From positions 72,540,001 to 72,604,000 of the forward strand of contig NC_043008.1 in NCBI RefSeq assembly GCF_006345805.1: 64,000 bases of DNA. Reading direction: 5' to 3'. The DNA comes from Octopus sinensis. Lineage: Eukaryota. Positions within the stretch are counted from its first letter, which is position 1; each line of letters starts with the position of its first letter. The translations under genes and the position numbers were made by a program. Under the pieces are notes generated by a model. That model saw nothing but the letters and a program-made list of their open reading frames with translations, made no database searches and had not been told where the DNA came from. Positions 26,571 through 37,519 of the stretch are shown here, piece by piece.

Positions 26571-26729
26571 CAGGCGGAAGGTATAAGTAAGTAGAGGGAC
26601 AGAGATAATTGTCCTCCTATAGAGAAGATACTTGGCTACCCCAGTAGGAAGAAGTAGGGTGGAAGGGAATTAGAGAATAAGATAGAGAGACAGTGAGAGA
26701 GAGAGAGGGAGAGAGAGTTAGATGGTCTT

Positions 26730-27110
26730 TATTAAAGCAGATTTTCTATGGCTGGATGTCCTTCCTGATGCCAACCTTTATCTGTTTCTAAGTAAGGTAA
26801 TATTTCCCCATGACCAGACACAGATGACTAGATATAAAGAACACTGCTTGTATGTTGGGGGACATACAACTAACAACTATCGTGTGATGTCAAGAAAAGG
26901 AGACACTAGTACCCCCACCCACTTCCCAAACACACATAGTCATGCACATGATGGGCTTCTTTTAGTTTCTACTGAACAAATCCACACAAGGATTTGATTG
27001 GTTCAAGGCTATACTAAAATGCACTTGCTTAAGGTGTGGCACTGTTAGGTTGATCCCAGGACCATGTGGTGAGGAAACAAACTTCTTATCACAGTCACAC
27101 CTGCACCTGT
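26730..27110 (-). mobile_element. Degraded SINE with tRNA-like head
   Basis: ggatttgattggttcaaggctatac...cacttgcttaaggtg...cccaggaccatgtgg..aaacaaacttcttatcacag matches the reverse complement of the SINE head. Confidence 0.65.
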
Positions 27111-27477
27111 ATACATACACCTACATACACTGGATCTTATTAAGGCTGGTTTAACAAATTATCAATCAATCTTTGAAAGTTTCAATGGCCTCAAAGTCCC
27201 TTTATTTTCCAAACTGGTTTTAAGACATAACTGGACCAGGGCAATGGATACTAAAATCCTCAATTAAATTATCATTAGTTCTATCAATTCCATATTTTTG
27301 TATTCGACATTGGTTATATCACAACTGTGAAAGGGTTTCCAACATTAGACATGACACTGTTGTATACAAATACATCAACTTATCTAATACTGTTGCTATT
27401 ATAAATAAGGAAATTTATAAAAAGTTACAAAGCAACTTATATATCCGAAGATAAGTGACATTAATTATATATGTATG

Positions 27478-27513
<36 letters not shown>

Positions 27514-28339
27514 AGTGTCTGTATGTCTATAAATATATACATATACAGGAAAATTATATTCTGTATTGAAAACATATAAAAGTAAATCTCACATTTTTCT
27601 TTTTTTCTTCTCACTATATTTCCCTCTCACACACATACATCCACATATTGTGAATAAAAATATGCAAATAAGACACCTTCATACCTCCTATACACATATA
27701 CCTACGCAACAATATCTACATATAGATACATACATACTCATATACGTGTGTGAGTGTATGAGTCAGCACATGTGAATATAAATACTTATATAGATATATG
27801 GTAGTTACGTGTGCTAGTGATGTGAATTTGATAAGCTGATTTAATCTTCACTATATATAAGTGTGTGTGTGTGTATGTGTGTATCTTTGTGAATATTTAT
27901 ACAAAAATATATTCTAACCAAAATATTTTTACACTTTCATCATTAGAAAAGACAGACTGACTTGACTAATGTCATTATATAATGACTAGAACTAACAAAA
28001 TGTGACTCAGCCATCAATGGACAGGAAAGTTAGCAGATTACACTTATCGCTTTGGAAACAATGTTTAAATACATCTGTGTGTGTGTGTGTGTGCACGTAC
28101 AGATATGTGTATATACATAGTGTGTGGGATGATTTATGTGGTTCTGTCATATATGCATAAATATAAACAGTCTAATGACTCAAGCAAGCCAAAACTTCGA
28201 AGTCACTGACATTCTTTCCCTTGTGAAAGTTAATATATATTCTACCAAAAAGTATTGAGTGATCCTTCAGTTTAATGTTGAATTTTATATATAACTTCAT
28301 AATAAACACATACATAGATACATAAATACATATCTATGC

Positions 28340-28830
28340 AATGTAATATTGTTGCAAAAACAATATACAATGCTGTTCACCAAAATGACTGTTGTGGAGT
28401 AAATATAGAGAAACCCCTGTCACTGAATATGTACAGAAACATCAGCACAAGATATATTGGTCAAACGTTCCCCTTAAGGCATCTGTCAAGTGTTAACATA
28501 ACAGGCCAGATATTGTTGTTTGGGATAGACAAGAAAATTTATGTACCATCATAGAGGTCAACTGTCCTTACTGATGGGAATATCTCTTTGAAAATCAAAG
28601 AGAAAGGGGATAACTTTAGATAGCTGCTTCTATATACAGATTTCAAATTTATGTTTATACCAATAATAATTGGGGCACTTGGTTTTGTGAGTAAATGCCA
28701 AATTGACACTCAGGTAAGGTAAGGGTTTTCAGAAAAGGAATCTAGCAACTAAATTGCATATTACAAATACAATCTGTAAGCAGGACAGTAAAAATATGTA
28801 AGATTCTTCTCAAGTATGGAAAGTGACATT
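28340..28830 (+). mobile_element. Non-LTR retrotransposon C-terminal restriction-like endonuclease relic (R4/NeSL-type)
   Basis: Frameshifted HNRPDIVVWDRQ..CTIIEV.CP.DGNISLKIKEK...FIPIIIGALG with a PD-(D/E)xK arrangement. Confidence 0.7.
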
Positions 28831-29530
28831 GTTTTGTTATCTTCATTCTGATGATAAAGTTTTGTATCTTTGTTAGACACCTGCTCCTTCCTCAGAGGAA
28901 GAATTCAAATAATTAAAAGCTGAAGAGAACATACATAAGAACATTTAATAGTTCCTCCTGTACCAGCATATACTGTTAGATTGGAATCTAATCACTGCTG
29001 CATCTAATTGCCATCACCTATTATATTAAAGATCAGCAGCTTCACATGTGTTACAAATTAGCAGAATGTCAAACACCAATTTGTTGTATAATTGAAACCA
29101 TATAAACTGTATACATTATGCAGCAAAACATACATATATACACACACATCATAATTTGATGTGTATTATCATCAATTATTAATGTATTATTCAGACATGT
29201 CACTTAATGCATACAGTGTTGTGATTCTCTGTAAATATATTTTTCTTATACATTACATTTCATGAATGCTAACTACATTGCAAAGAACTTGCCTACTGGG
29301 CCTATCGCTGTTCTGCTGTATTTTTTATACTGATAATGACAAGGGATAGTTTGTGTAACTTGGGTGGAACAAATATCACACAGTGTTTCTATTCAAATGT
29401 ATTAATTTTTTCTGCTTCTCCACTGATGTTTACCAGTGAAAGATGTTTATAATCAATATGCGCGTGTGTGTGTACGTGAGTGTGTGGGCATGTATACACA
29501 TACATACATGTGTGTATGTATACACATATA

Positions 29531-29570
<40 letters not shown>

Positions 29571-29575
<5 letters not shown>

Positions 29576-31415
29576 ATTCATCCCATAAATAATGTGGGTT
29601 TTTTTCAGTTGCATGAACTAAAATTCGGAGAGGGATGAGATAAACTACCTCCATCAACTTACTATAAAAGCAGGTATTAATTTTACCTTGTACTTATTCT
29701 TAGTGCAAGTTTTGAAGAGTACAGTTCAATTTTAACAATGCAAATGTCTAATTCTATCTCATTATTATTATTATTATTATCATTATTATTATTATTATTA
29801 TTATTATTGTTGTTGTTGTTGTTGTTGGTGTTGTTATTCTTTCACACTGGCAGCCAGAGTGTTTACTATTTTGCAGAATGCCTGCCCATCCCACGCCACC
29901 ACCCAAACTGGAAGTCTTTAACCTCTGACCTCTATCACATGTCTTTCTCCTGAACACTTCCAACAGTTTAAATGCTCCCCCATCCCTATTTAGTGTTCAT
30001 CTCCAATAGAATGTAGTAATTATGTAGCACATAAAATGATGTTGTAATGTATGCAGGTTGAAGGCTATTGTATGTTTATGAGTTCTGCCAAATGCAAGCT
30101 TTCTGTTCAGATACAAGATGCTGCTGTTTCTCATCCCCATCCCAGAGTCTCATAGGCCCGCATCTTCCACCTCCTCAGAGTCAGCACACTTAATGTTGGC
30201 ACATTGATAGGTAGGTCAGGTGAGATTGTTGAGATGCTTAAATAAAGACATGCAGATTTGTGCTGCATCCCAGAAGTAAGGTAGAGAGGAAGTTCTGCTA
30301 GGTTTCTCACAGGCAAAGAACATAGGTGTAAGATTTTCTGGGTAGGGAACACTGATGGGATTGGGGGCATTGGTGTACTACTTGTGGAGAAATGGGTTGA
30401 AAAAGTAATCAAGATAGTCAGAGTCTGTGATAGAATACTTAAGCTTAGATTAGTGCTGCAACATGGATTAGCAACCATTATCTCAGTTTATGCCCCTCAG
30501 CCAGGTCTACCTGATGAACAGAAAGACCAATTTTATGACACCCTCTTGCAGACTACCTCATCGACGAATGACAAGGACCTTCTATTTGTGGCTGGCATCT
30601 TCAATAGGCATGCTGGACAACATGCAAGACTCTTCCATAGTGTTCATGGTGACTATGGATTTGGTTCCCACAATGGAGAGGGAACCAGATTGCTGGAGTT
30701 CTGTGATGCAAATGATCTTATGGTCTGTAATACTAACTTTAGGAAACCTGCTTTTTTTAACCAAATAGTGACTGGTGGTAAGAAAAGGTTCTCTTTAAAA
30801 ATGTCAAGTGCTGAAGACAGTGGTTAGGGAAAGGAGAAACACTGGCACCCCAGGCTAAAGAAGGTCTTCACTCACATAAGGTGTTGTTATCTGTTTGGTG
30901 GGGTATGAAAGGTTTAGTCCACTTTGAACTTTTAACCCCAAGCCAAATGATAACAAAGGAGATCTAATGTGAGCAGCTTGAGCTGCTTAAGTCAGTGCTA
31001 GAAGTAAAATGACCGTCTTTGGTGTCAAGATGAAAGGTATTCTTCCATCAGGATAATGCTTGGCTACATACAGCAAGGATGACATTCCAAAGGCTGGAGC
31101 AGTTTGAATGGGAAATGATGCTCCACCCACCATATGAGCCAGACATTTCCCCATCTTATTATCTTTTATTCTGCAGTCTTCGAAATCATTTGGATGGAAA
31201 ATATAGGAATTCTGCAGATGAGGTCAGAACATTACTGGAAGAGTATTTTTTATCAGGGACATGTGAATTTTGGAGGAAGAGCTTTGCAAGTCTACAAGAT
31301 AGATGGAAGAGCATAGTAGAAAATGGAGAGTATATTTTAGATGAAAAAAGTACTTTATTCATCTTAATTTTAAAAAATAAAAGAACCAACATTACTTATG
31401 AGGTGATCCAGTATA
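29571..31415 (+). mobile_element. Mariner transposon relic with both TIRs, interrupted by about 1 kb of foreign sequence (29736-30752) and internally deleted
   Basis: Left TA+ttgattcatcccataaataatg versus right cattacttatgaggtgatccag+TA (16/22 match as inverted repeats). Transposase motifs QIVTG (about 30765), FHQDNA (about 31045) and HPPYEPDISPS.Y (31125-31160). Confidence 0.85.
29878..30752 (+). mobile_element. Decayed RTE 5' UTR and endonuclease region inside the mariner
   Basis: ORF 30384-30752 ISVYAPQPGLP...VAGIFN.HAG...NGEGTRLLEFCDANDLMVCNTNF is homologous to 1-517. Confidence 0.9.
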
Positions 31416-31849
31416 TTCTGCAACCCATGAATGTATATATATATATATGTATATATTAATTAATGTACACAGTGTTAAAATGAAAGCTACTCAAATTTTC
31501 ATACCACAGAGACATGGTAATTTTGCAGATTTATATAACATGCCTTGTGTCTCTAAGCATTCTTTCATCCTCAGTCCATGTACTTAGTCCTATTTCAAAA
31601 CCAGCATACTGCTACATGAGAAAGCACAAGCAAAATCAAGAAGAATGTTGATGCAAATAGCAGAAGGAAAAGTCAAGGGCTCAATAAAAATGGGAAAAGT
31701 AAGGGAGTAAAAGAAGAAGAAGAAAGAAAATCAAAAGCTGGTGTTACATAATTCAAGGGTGAAGGAGCCAAAGTCTATGAGAAGGCAACTCAATCTCTTG
31801 AGAGAGGTGCTGCCCTCCATTTACAACAAAGGACATTTATCCATTTGCT

Positions 31850-32830
31850 TCCATAGGCTGAAAATTTTGAATCTAGACTTAAGTAGTGTGGTAGAATTTA
31901 TGGATATAAAAATGTACAATCTTTGATTCATTTACATAAGGCATGAATTTCTCCATGACTCTCTATTTGATTGTATATAGTGTGCAGTTGGTCTTCAGAT
32001 ACCATATATGGCTAACCAACTTAGTGGTTTTATTTTTGTCAAAGTTTCAGAAAAAAGACTTGTGGTTTGTATTAACAATATTTAAAGTTGCCTTCACATA
32101 AACCAATGCAAGTTTTCTTTTCAATTAGGTTATCTTGTAGCACCAAATGAGTTTATCAAACATACCCGATCAAGTGGGAAAGCTTCAGAGTGTCAACAGT
32201 TACAACTGGGAGTGATGTGGCTTGTGATTGATAATATCCTTCAGATTGGAGTAGCAGGTGTGTTACATACTTATCAAGCTTCTATTGAAAAAAGTTTTCT
32301 TGTATTTGTGGTTTACTGAAAAATGCTTATTTAACAATGCCAGGAATTTCTTGCCTACATTACTTTTAACAATCAGGGTCAATTTTTATGTTTCATAGTT
32401 TTAATTGAAGGGTTGTAAGGTATCTTATTTTTGAATCTGCTGTTGGTGAGGACATTGCTCTTGCAGGGGCTGCTTTATCAAATATTTTCATTGAAGTGGA
32501 GAGATTAGATATCTTATTAATGATGTTGGCTATCAGATTTTTAAAGACTATAGTTGAGTGACAATACTGTTTATGTAAATATATGAGTTTCTCATTTGGG
32601 TTTATGATAGAGTTCATAGAGTGCAAGTTTGAGTTTAGGGAAGCATCTAAGAAGTCAGTTTTTGACAGATTAGTGGTTACAGTAAGTTAAACTATAATAA
32701 CCCTTAAATGACAGACATACCCAATTGTTGCTTCAAAAATTTTATAAGAAGACAGATGCCATCAAGGGATGCCTGAACACCTACTTGATCAAAGGTATCT
32801 AACAGTAAGTGGTACTTATTAATGAGAGAA
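31850..32830 (-). mobile_element. Penelope-like element relic (RT C-terminus and GIY-YIG endonuclease)
   Basis: ORF 32393-32626 PNEKLIYLHK..HSTIVFKNL..I..KISNLS....IFDKAAP resembles the PLE thumb region. TCIGLCEGNFK...TKLVSHIWYLK lies at about 31990-32120. Confidence 0.75.
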
Positions 32831-32884
32831 ATCAAATCACAAATGGTTGATTTATGCAGAGTTGAAAAGTTTTCTGACTACACG

Positions 32885-33000
32885 TAATGATGATGATGAT
32901 GATGATGACAACGACGACGACGACGACGACGGCGGCGATGATGATGATGATGATGAGGAGGAGGAGGAGGAGGGGAGGAGGAGGAGGAAGAAGATGATGA
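32885..33000. repeat. (GAT)n/(GAC)n/(GAG)n compound trinucleotide repeat
   Basis: Direct reading of the sequence. Confidence 0.95.
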
Positions 33001-33244
33001 TCTACATAGCACAGAACAACATGATGCTTTAACTAACTTTGGAGGGGAAAAATGTGCTGATTATTCTCCATTAGTAGATTCATTTAACAACAGCAACAAT
33101 GTGGGAATTTCATACGAATCTACATCCTTGCAGGATGCAAAGAAAAGTAGATATTTTGTGGTACTTTTGATAAGATTGTAAATGTTATTGTATGAAACAC
33201 AAATATAATAGTTTTTGTACTTATTTAAAGTGAAAATAAGTATA

Positions 33245-33427
33245 GGCGTAGGAGTGGCTGTGTGGTAAGTAGCTTGCTTATGAACCACATGGTTCTGGGT
33301 TCAGTCCCACTGTGTGGCACCTTGGGCAAGTGTCTTCTACTATAGCCTTGGGCCGACCAAAGCCTTGTGAGTGGATTTGGTAGATGGAAACTGAAAGAAG
33401 CCTGTCATACATATGTGTATATACATA

Positions 33428-33466
<39 letters not shown>

Positions 33467-33757
33467 GGTTGTCAAGCGATGTTGGGGGGACAAATACAGA
33501 CACACAAACATATACACTCACATACATATATATGTATATATATATACGTGTATGTGAGTGTATATGTTTGTGTCTGTGTTTGTCCCCCCAACATCGCTTG
33601 ACAACCAATGCCAGTGTGTTTACATCCCCATAACTTAGTGGTTCAGTAAAAGAGTCTGATAGAATAAGTACTAGGCTTACAAAGAATAAGTCCTGGGGTT
33701 GGTTCACTTGACTAAAGGCGTTGCTCCAGCATGGCTGCAGTCAAATGACTGAAACAA
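33245..33757 (+). mobile_element. tRNA-derived SINE with internal microsatellite and a local inverted duplication
   Basis: Head ggagtggctgtgtggtaagtagcttgc...ggttcagtcccactg..ggcaccttgggcaagtgtcttc; tail ...gctccagcatggctgcagtcaaatgactgaaac. Confidence 0.9.
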
Positions 33758-33849
33758 CTTTATTTTTGGACACACAATTGATGCAACATTTAGGGGTTAA
33801 TGACCCAAACTAAAAGGATATGCAAGAATCAAGGTCTCTGTTTTACACC

Positions 33850-34230
33850 CACCTCTGATTATCTTACAAAACCAGATGATACAGTTATTAAACGTACACA
33901 CTTGTATATTTTACACCTTATACATTTCCCTGCAAGTGTATATTGGACAAATCCATGTAGTACCACTTCAACATAAGATTAGTCACATTATTTAAAATAT
34001 GTTGTCTTCATGAAAATATAACTTTCTGTGAGACATTTCAAAATAAATTCACATTAGCATCTGAAAATGGTTAAAAATAGAAATAGCTTTTAGATCTGAA
34101 ATATATTTCAAAATTAATAACTTTCAGATTTCATATGTGATGCCTTTAGCCTCACTATTTGTTCTTGAAAGTTCTCCTGTTTTTTGACCAAAACTATACA
34201 AAGACCAGTAGAGCTTGCATTTAAATTAAG
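33850..34230 (+). mobile_element. Penelope-like GIY-YIG relic
   Basis: QVYIGQ at 33933-33950, preceded by a decayed TC...Y..C-type segment. Confidence 0.4.
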
Positions 34231-36053
34231 GAATTGCAATTGACATTTGCTATAAGCAATATTGGTCAGCTTCTTCTATTGACTTGTCACTACAATAAAT
34301 AACTTTTACATCTTACACATAAAGCAGATATTTTAAAGTTACTTTTTTATTTCAATTTTTAAAAATACTTTTAATAATGTAAACCAGCCTAAAGCAAGAA
34401 AATGTTGCAAATATTTATTCCAATATGTTACTGGTCGTTAATAAATGAAAAATCTTTCTTATCATTTATAAGGATTTTCAATGTGCATCAGGTGTAATGT
34501 TAAGGAAATGTTCTCTGCACTAGTCTCTATTTTTCCTATGTGGACATGTATTTTACTGAATACCCTGTTTTATTGAAATTGTTGCTATTCTATGGAATAT
34601 CTCTCCTGATACCATTAACGTATAAAATCAAAGGAAGCCCAGTTGACAATCAGAAAGGTTAACGGTGCAGTTCCAATTTCTGGTACTAATATATATGTTC
34701 TCTGAACTGGAATTAGTCACCAGAAGAAAGTGCAAATTGGGGATGTGCAAATAATAATAATAATGATGAAGATATAATTGGAGTCAAGTGTTTTTGTGTC
34801 ATGCATGTTTTTCTAAACATCAGATGCTTACCACAAGTTAAATAATTACCAAGTACATTGTGTTATTTAATATCACTAATCTCAGTATTCTTCCTTTTTC
34901 ATCTGCTTTTTGTCCCAAGCTACTACCTTTTGGATAGGTTCAAAATAGTTTCTATTCATGTGTCTATTGCCTACATGTTGGAAATCACGAAACAGTAATG
35001 GAGGAGTTTGTGGATGAATGTCCTTCCTATTTACAGATGAATTGTTTACATAATGACATCAATCAAATTGCTGTCTGTAGAGATTTGGAGCTTACACAAT
35101 AGTTGTTATCTCAAAGTAAACTGTGTGTATGTGGTTTTATTGCAATATTAGCAATAAAGAACTTGTGCAGGCCTCTCTCTTTCTAGTTGTCATACTCAAG
35201 GTATTCTGCTGCATTAAGGGTAAATTACCAAGAGTGTATGTATGTCTGCTCATGAGTACATAAGCTCCTAAATCTGTTATTCAATCCATCGTACATTCAA
35301 GAACACCATACACACTTGCAAGTGATGGCCAGGAAGCTATTCACACTCACACACAACATACAGATATAGTTGTTTGAGCTATCTGTTAAACTGTGAATAA
35401 ACACACCTAAACACACACACACACATGCATGCATGCGCATAAACATGCATGTGCACACACATGCACACAGGTGAAGAATTTTTTGCCATATGTAGAACAG
35501 TGTGAAAATAAAGCAACAATTGTCATCCAAGAGTGTTGGTGTATTCCACCAATGAAGAGAGGAAATATAAAGTATGAGAATGAGAAACAAGGTTTGGCAT
35601 TTCCTTCTACAGACAGTGAATAAAAACAAAATTAGTTTGGGGTTTGTTGAGGAACTTCATTAATAATTGTGAAGTGACTTTTCTGATAAGTAAATAGCAG
35701 TCCAGTGTGCAGCTTGACCCGTAGTTCATTGAAGCTGAACATTTGGTAATTAGCAAAGTAGTTTGGAATCTTGGAATGCAGACCATTTATTTACATCTTT
35801 TGAAATGATTTAGTAGAAAGGTCAAAAGCCTGCAAGGTAGATTAGGATATATAATAGAATAATTAGATATTGGTTAATATGTTTACACTCTTGTGTTTAT
35901 TTGTGACTAAAATGCTGACCAATACAAATTGAATTGAGAGGCTGTAAAATCTGGTATTTAATATATTTTAGTTTTGTTTGTATTGCATATGTTGATTTTG
36001 TAGAAGTAGTAGCTGTGTAATAGACAAGCCTTTTAATGACTGTATAGAATGGA

Positions 36054-36103
<50 letters not shown>

Positions 36104-36108
36104 GAGAT

Positions 36109-36439
36109 AGAGGTTATGATAGCCGCATGAAGGGATGGTGCCATCCAAGGAAATACTGGTTCAATACCTAATATATTTGGAGAAATTGATTTCCTTAAAA
36201 TAATAGGTTTGAATATAAACTGTAGTTTATATTCATGTAAAGGAATATGAAGAAAATAGAGATTTTGGAGTTAATAAGTGTTTATTATCAGTAACAGATC
36301 AATCCTTATCCCTTACAGCTGTTTCAATTATACACAGTGAAATCAATTAATTATTAAATTCATATTTCTGAGTATAATCTCTTCAGAGGGAAAATATGCC
36401 CTTAGATATTTTGTTTTTTTGTTTGTAGATTCATCACAG
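36109..36439 (-). mobile_element. ~329-nt structured non-coding unit containing a hammerhead ribozyme (retrozyme-like or PLE pLTR)
   Basis: Contains the intact ribozyme, a perfect 12-bp hairpin (36210-36235) and a 6-bp hairpin (ggatgg/ccatcc, about 36133-36146). Its two ends are joined in the paralogue at 39541-39562. Confidence 0.6.
36306..36394 (-). ncRNA. Type I hammerhead ribozyme, intact core
   Basis: Minus strand reads ttttccct-CTGAAGA-gattatac...gtataatt-GAA-ACAGCTGT-A-agggataa. Stem I is tccct/aggga plus 2 more pairs, stem II has 8 bp (G.U + ATTATAC/GTATAAT), stem III is the palindrome ACAGCTGT, and the GUA cleavage site falls between 36314 and 36313. Confidence 0.85.
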
Positions 36440-36456
36440 CAGACTAAATGAAACTC

Positions 36457-36701
36457 TTTATGATTTATATTTATATGTGTTTGGACTTGGGGTTTACAGG
36501 TTGCCTGGAGCTAAGATAGAGTAGGAAAATAGAATTAGAGTAATGAATGAGTAAATAAATGGAGATTATAGAGTGAATTACAATATAAATATATTACAGC
36601 ATAAGTGAGGTAAGGAAGTAAAGTACATTTTCAAGATGTATTTAAAGTCAAGAAAGTTTGTATGTATATATATATATATATATCATCATCATCATCATCA
36701 T

Positions 36702-36752
<51 letters not shown>

Positions 36753-37096
36753 CACACATACATACCTACACACGTTTATATATCCATCTGTACGTCTGTA
36801 TGTATATATAGACACACACATACAGAGGCATTCAGATGAATGTATAAATGTGTCTAGGTATGTATGTGTGCAAATTATTTTTTATATATATACAAACTTT
36901 ATGAACTTTATATACAACTTATAAATGTACTTTACTTCTTTACCTTATTTATATTATAATTTATTTATATTGTAATTCACTTTATGATCTCTATTAATTC
37001 ACTCACTAATTACCCTAACTCTATTTACCTACTCTATCTTACCTCCAACCAACCTGCAAACCCCTTGCCCAAACACATATAAATATAAATCATAAA
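36457..37096. repeat. Inverted repeat with ~205-bp arms (36457-36664 and 36888-37096) around an (AT)n/(CAT)n microsatellite
   Basis: tttatgatttatatttatatgtgtttgg...taagatagagtagg...gtgaattacaatataaat...aagtaaagtacattt is found as its reverse complement on the right side. Confidence 0.88.
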
Positions 37097-37109
37097 AAAG
37101 TATCTGTAA

Positions 37110-37330
37110 GAGAACTAGAAAAGAAATTCCAGGCATGAAAGCAAAACTTGGAATTGAAGGGTTTTAGAAATAAATTAGCAATGACCAAGTAAAAAAGAAA
37201 ATAGACAGGACCCTACGTGCTTCAGGTAAGTGGCCTTGTTAACTATGTAGGAAAGGTGTAGACAAGAATTTGATACCATTTATTCCATGCAAGATATGGA
37301 CACACAAGAGGTACAGTGAAATTACAGTAG
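37110..37330 (+). mobile_element. RTE RT/PHD fragment
   Basis: ELEKKFQA...SGKWPC..CRKGV....CKIWTHKR, decayed. Confidence 0.75.
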
Positions 37331-37519
37331 TGATTGTATATGAAATATGCACAAAATTAACAGACACATATGAAATTAACTTTATTAAATGCTCCAGTGA
37401 CACTTCAGAGGTTGTAGATATTTTCTGTTACCTAATCAGTGGAGGATTTTTCAAAATTGTAATTAGCTAGAATAAAAAAAAAACATGGAGAAAAATTAGG
37501 GGGCTTTTACCTGTGTTGG

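Noticed and set aside
28915-29115. ctgaagagaacatac ... gtataattgaaac, resembling the 36.3-kb ribozyme
   Set aside because: About 150-nt gap, no stem I or III; cannot be told from chance.
33245-33330. tRNA gene
   Set aside because: The tRNA-like A/B boxes belong to a SINE head; no complete cloverleaf.
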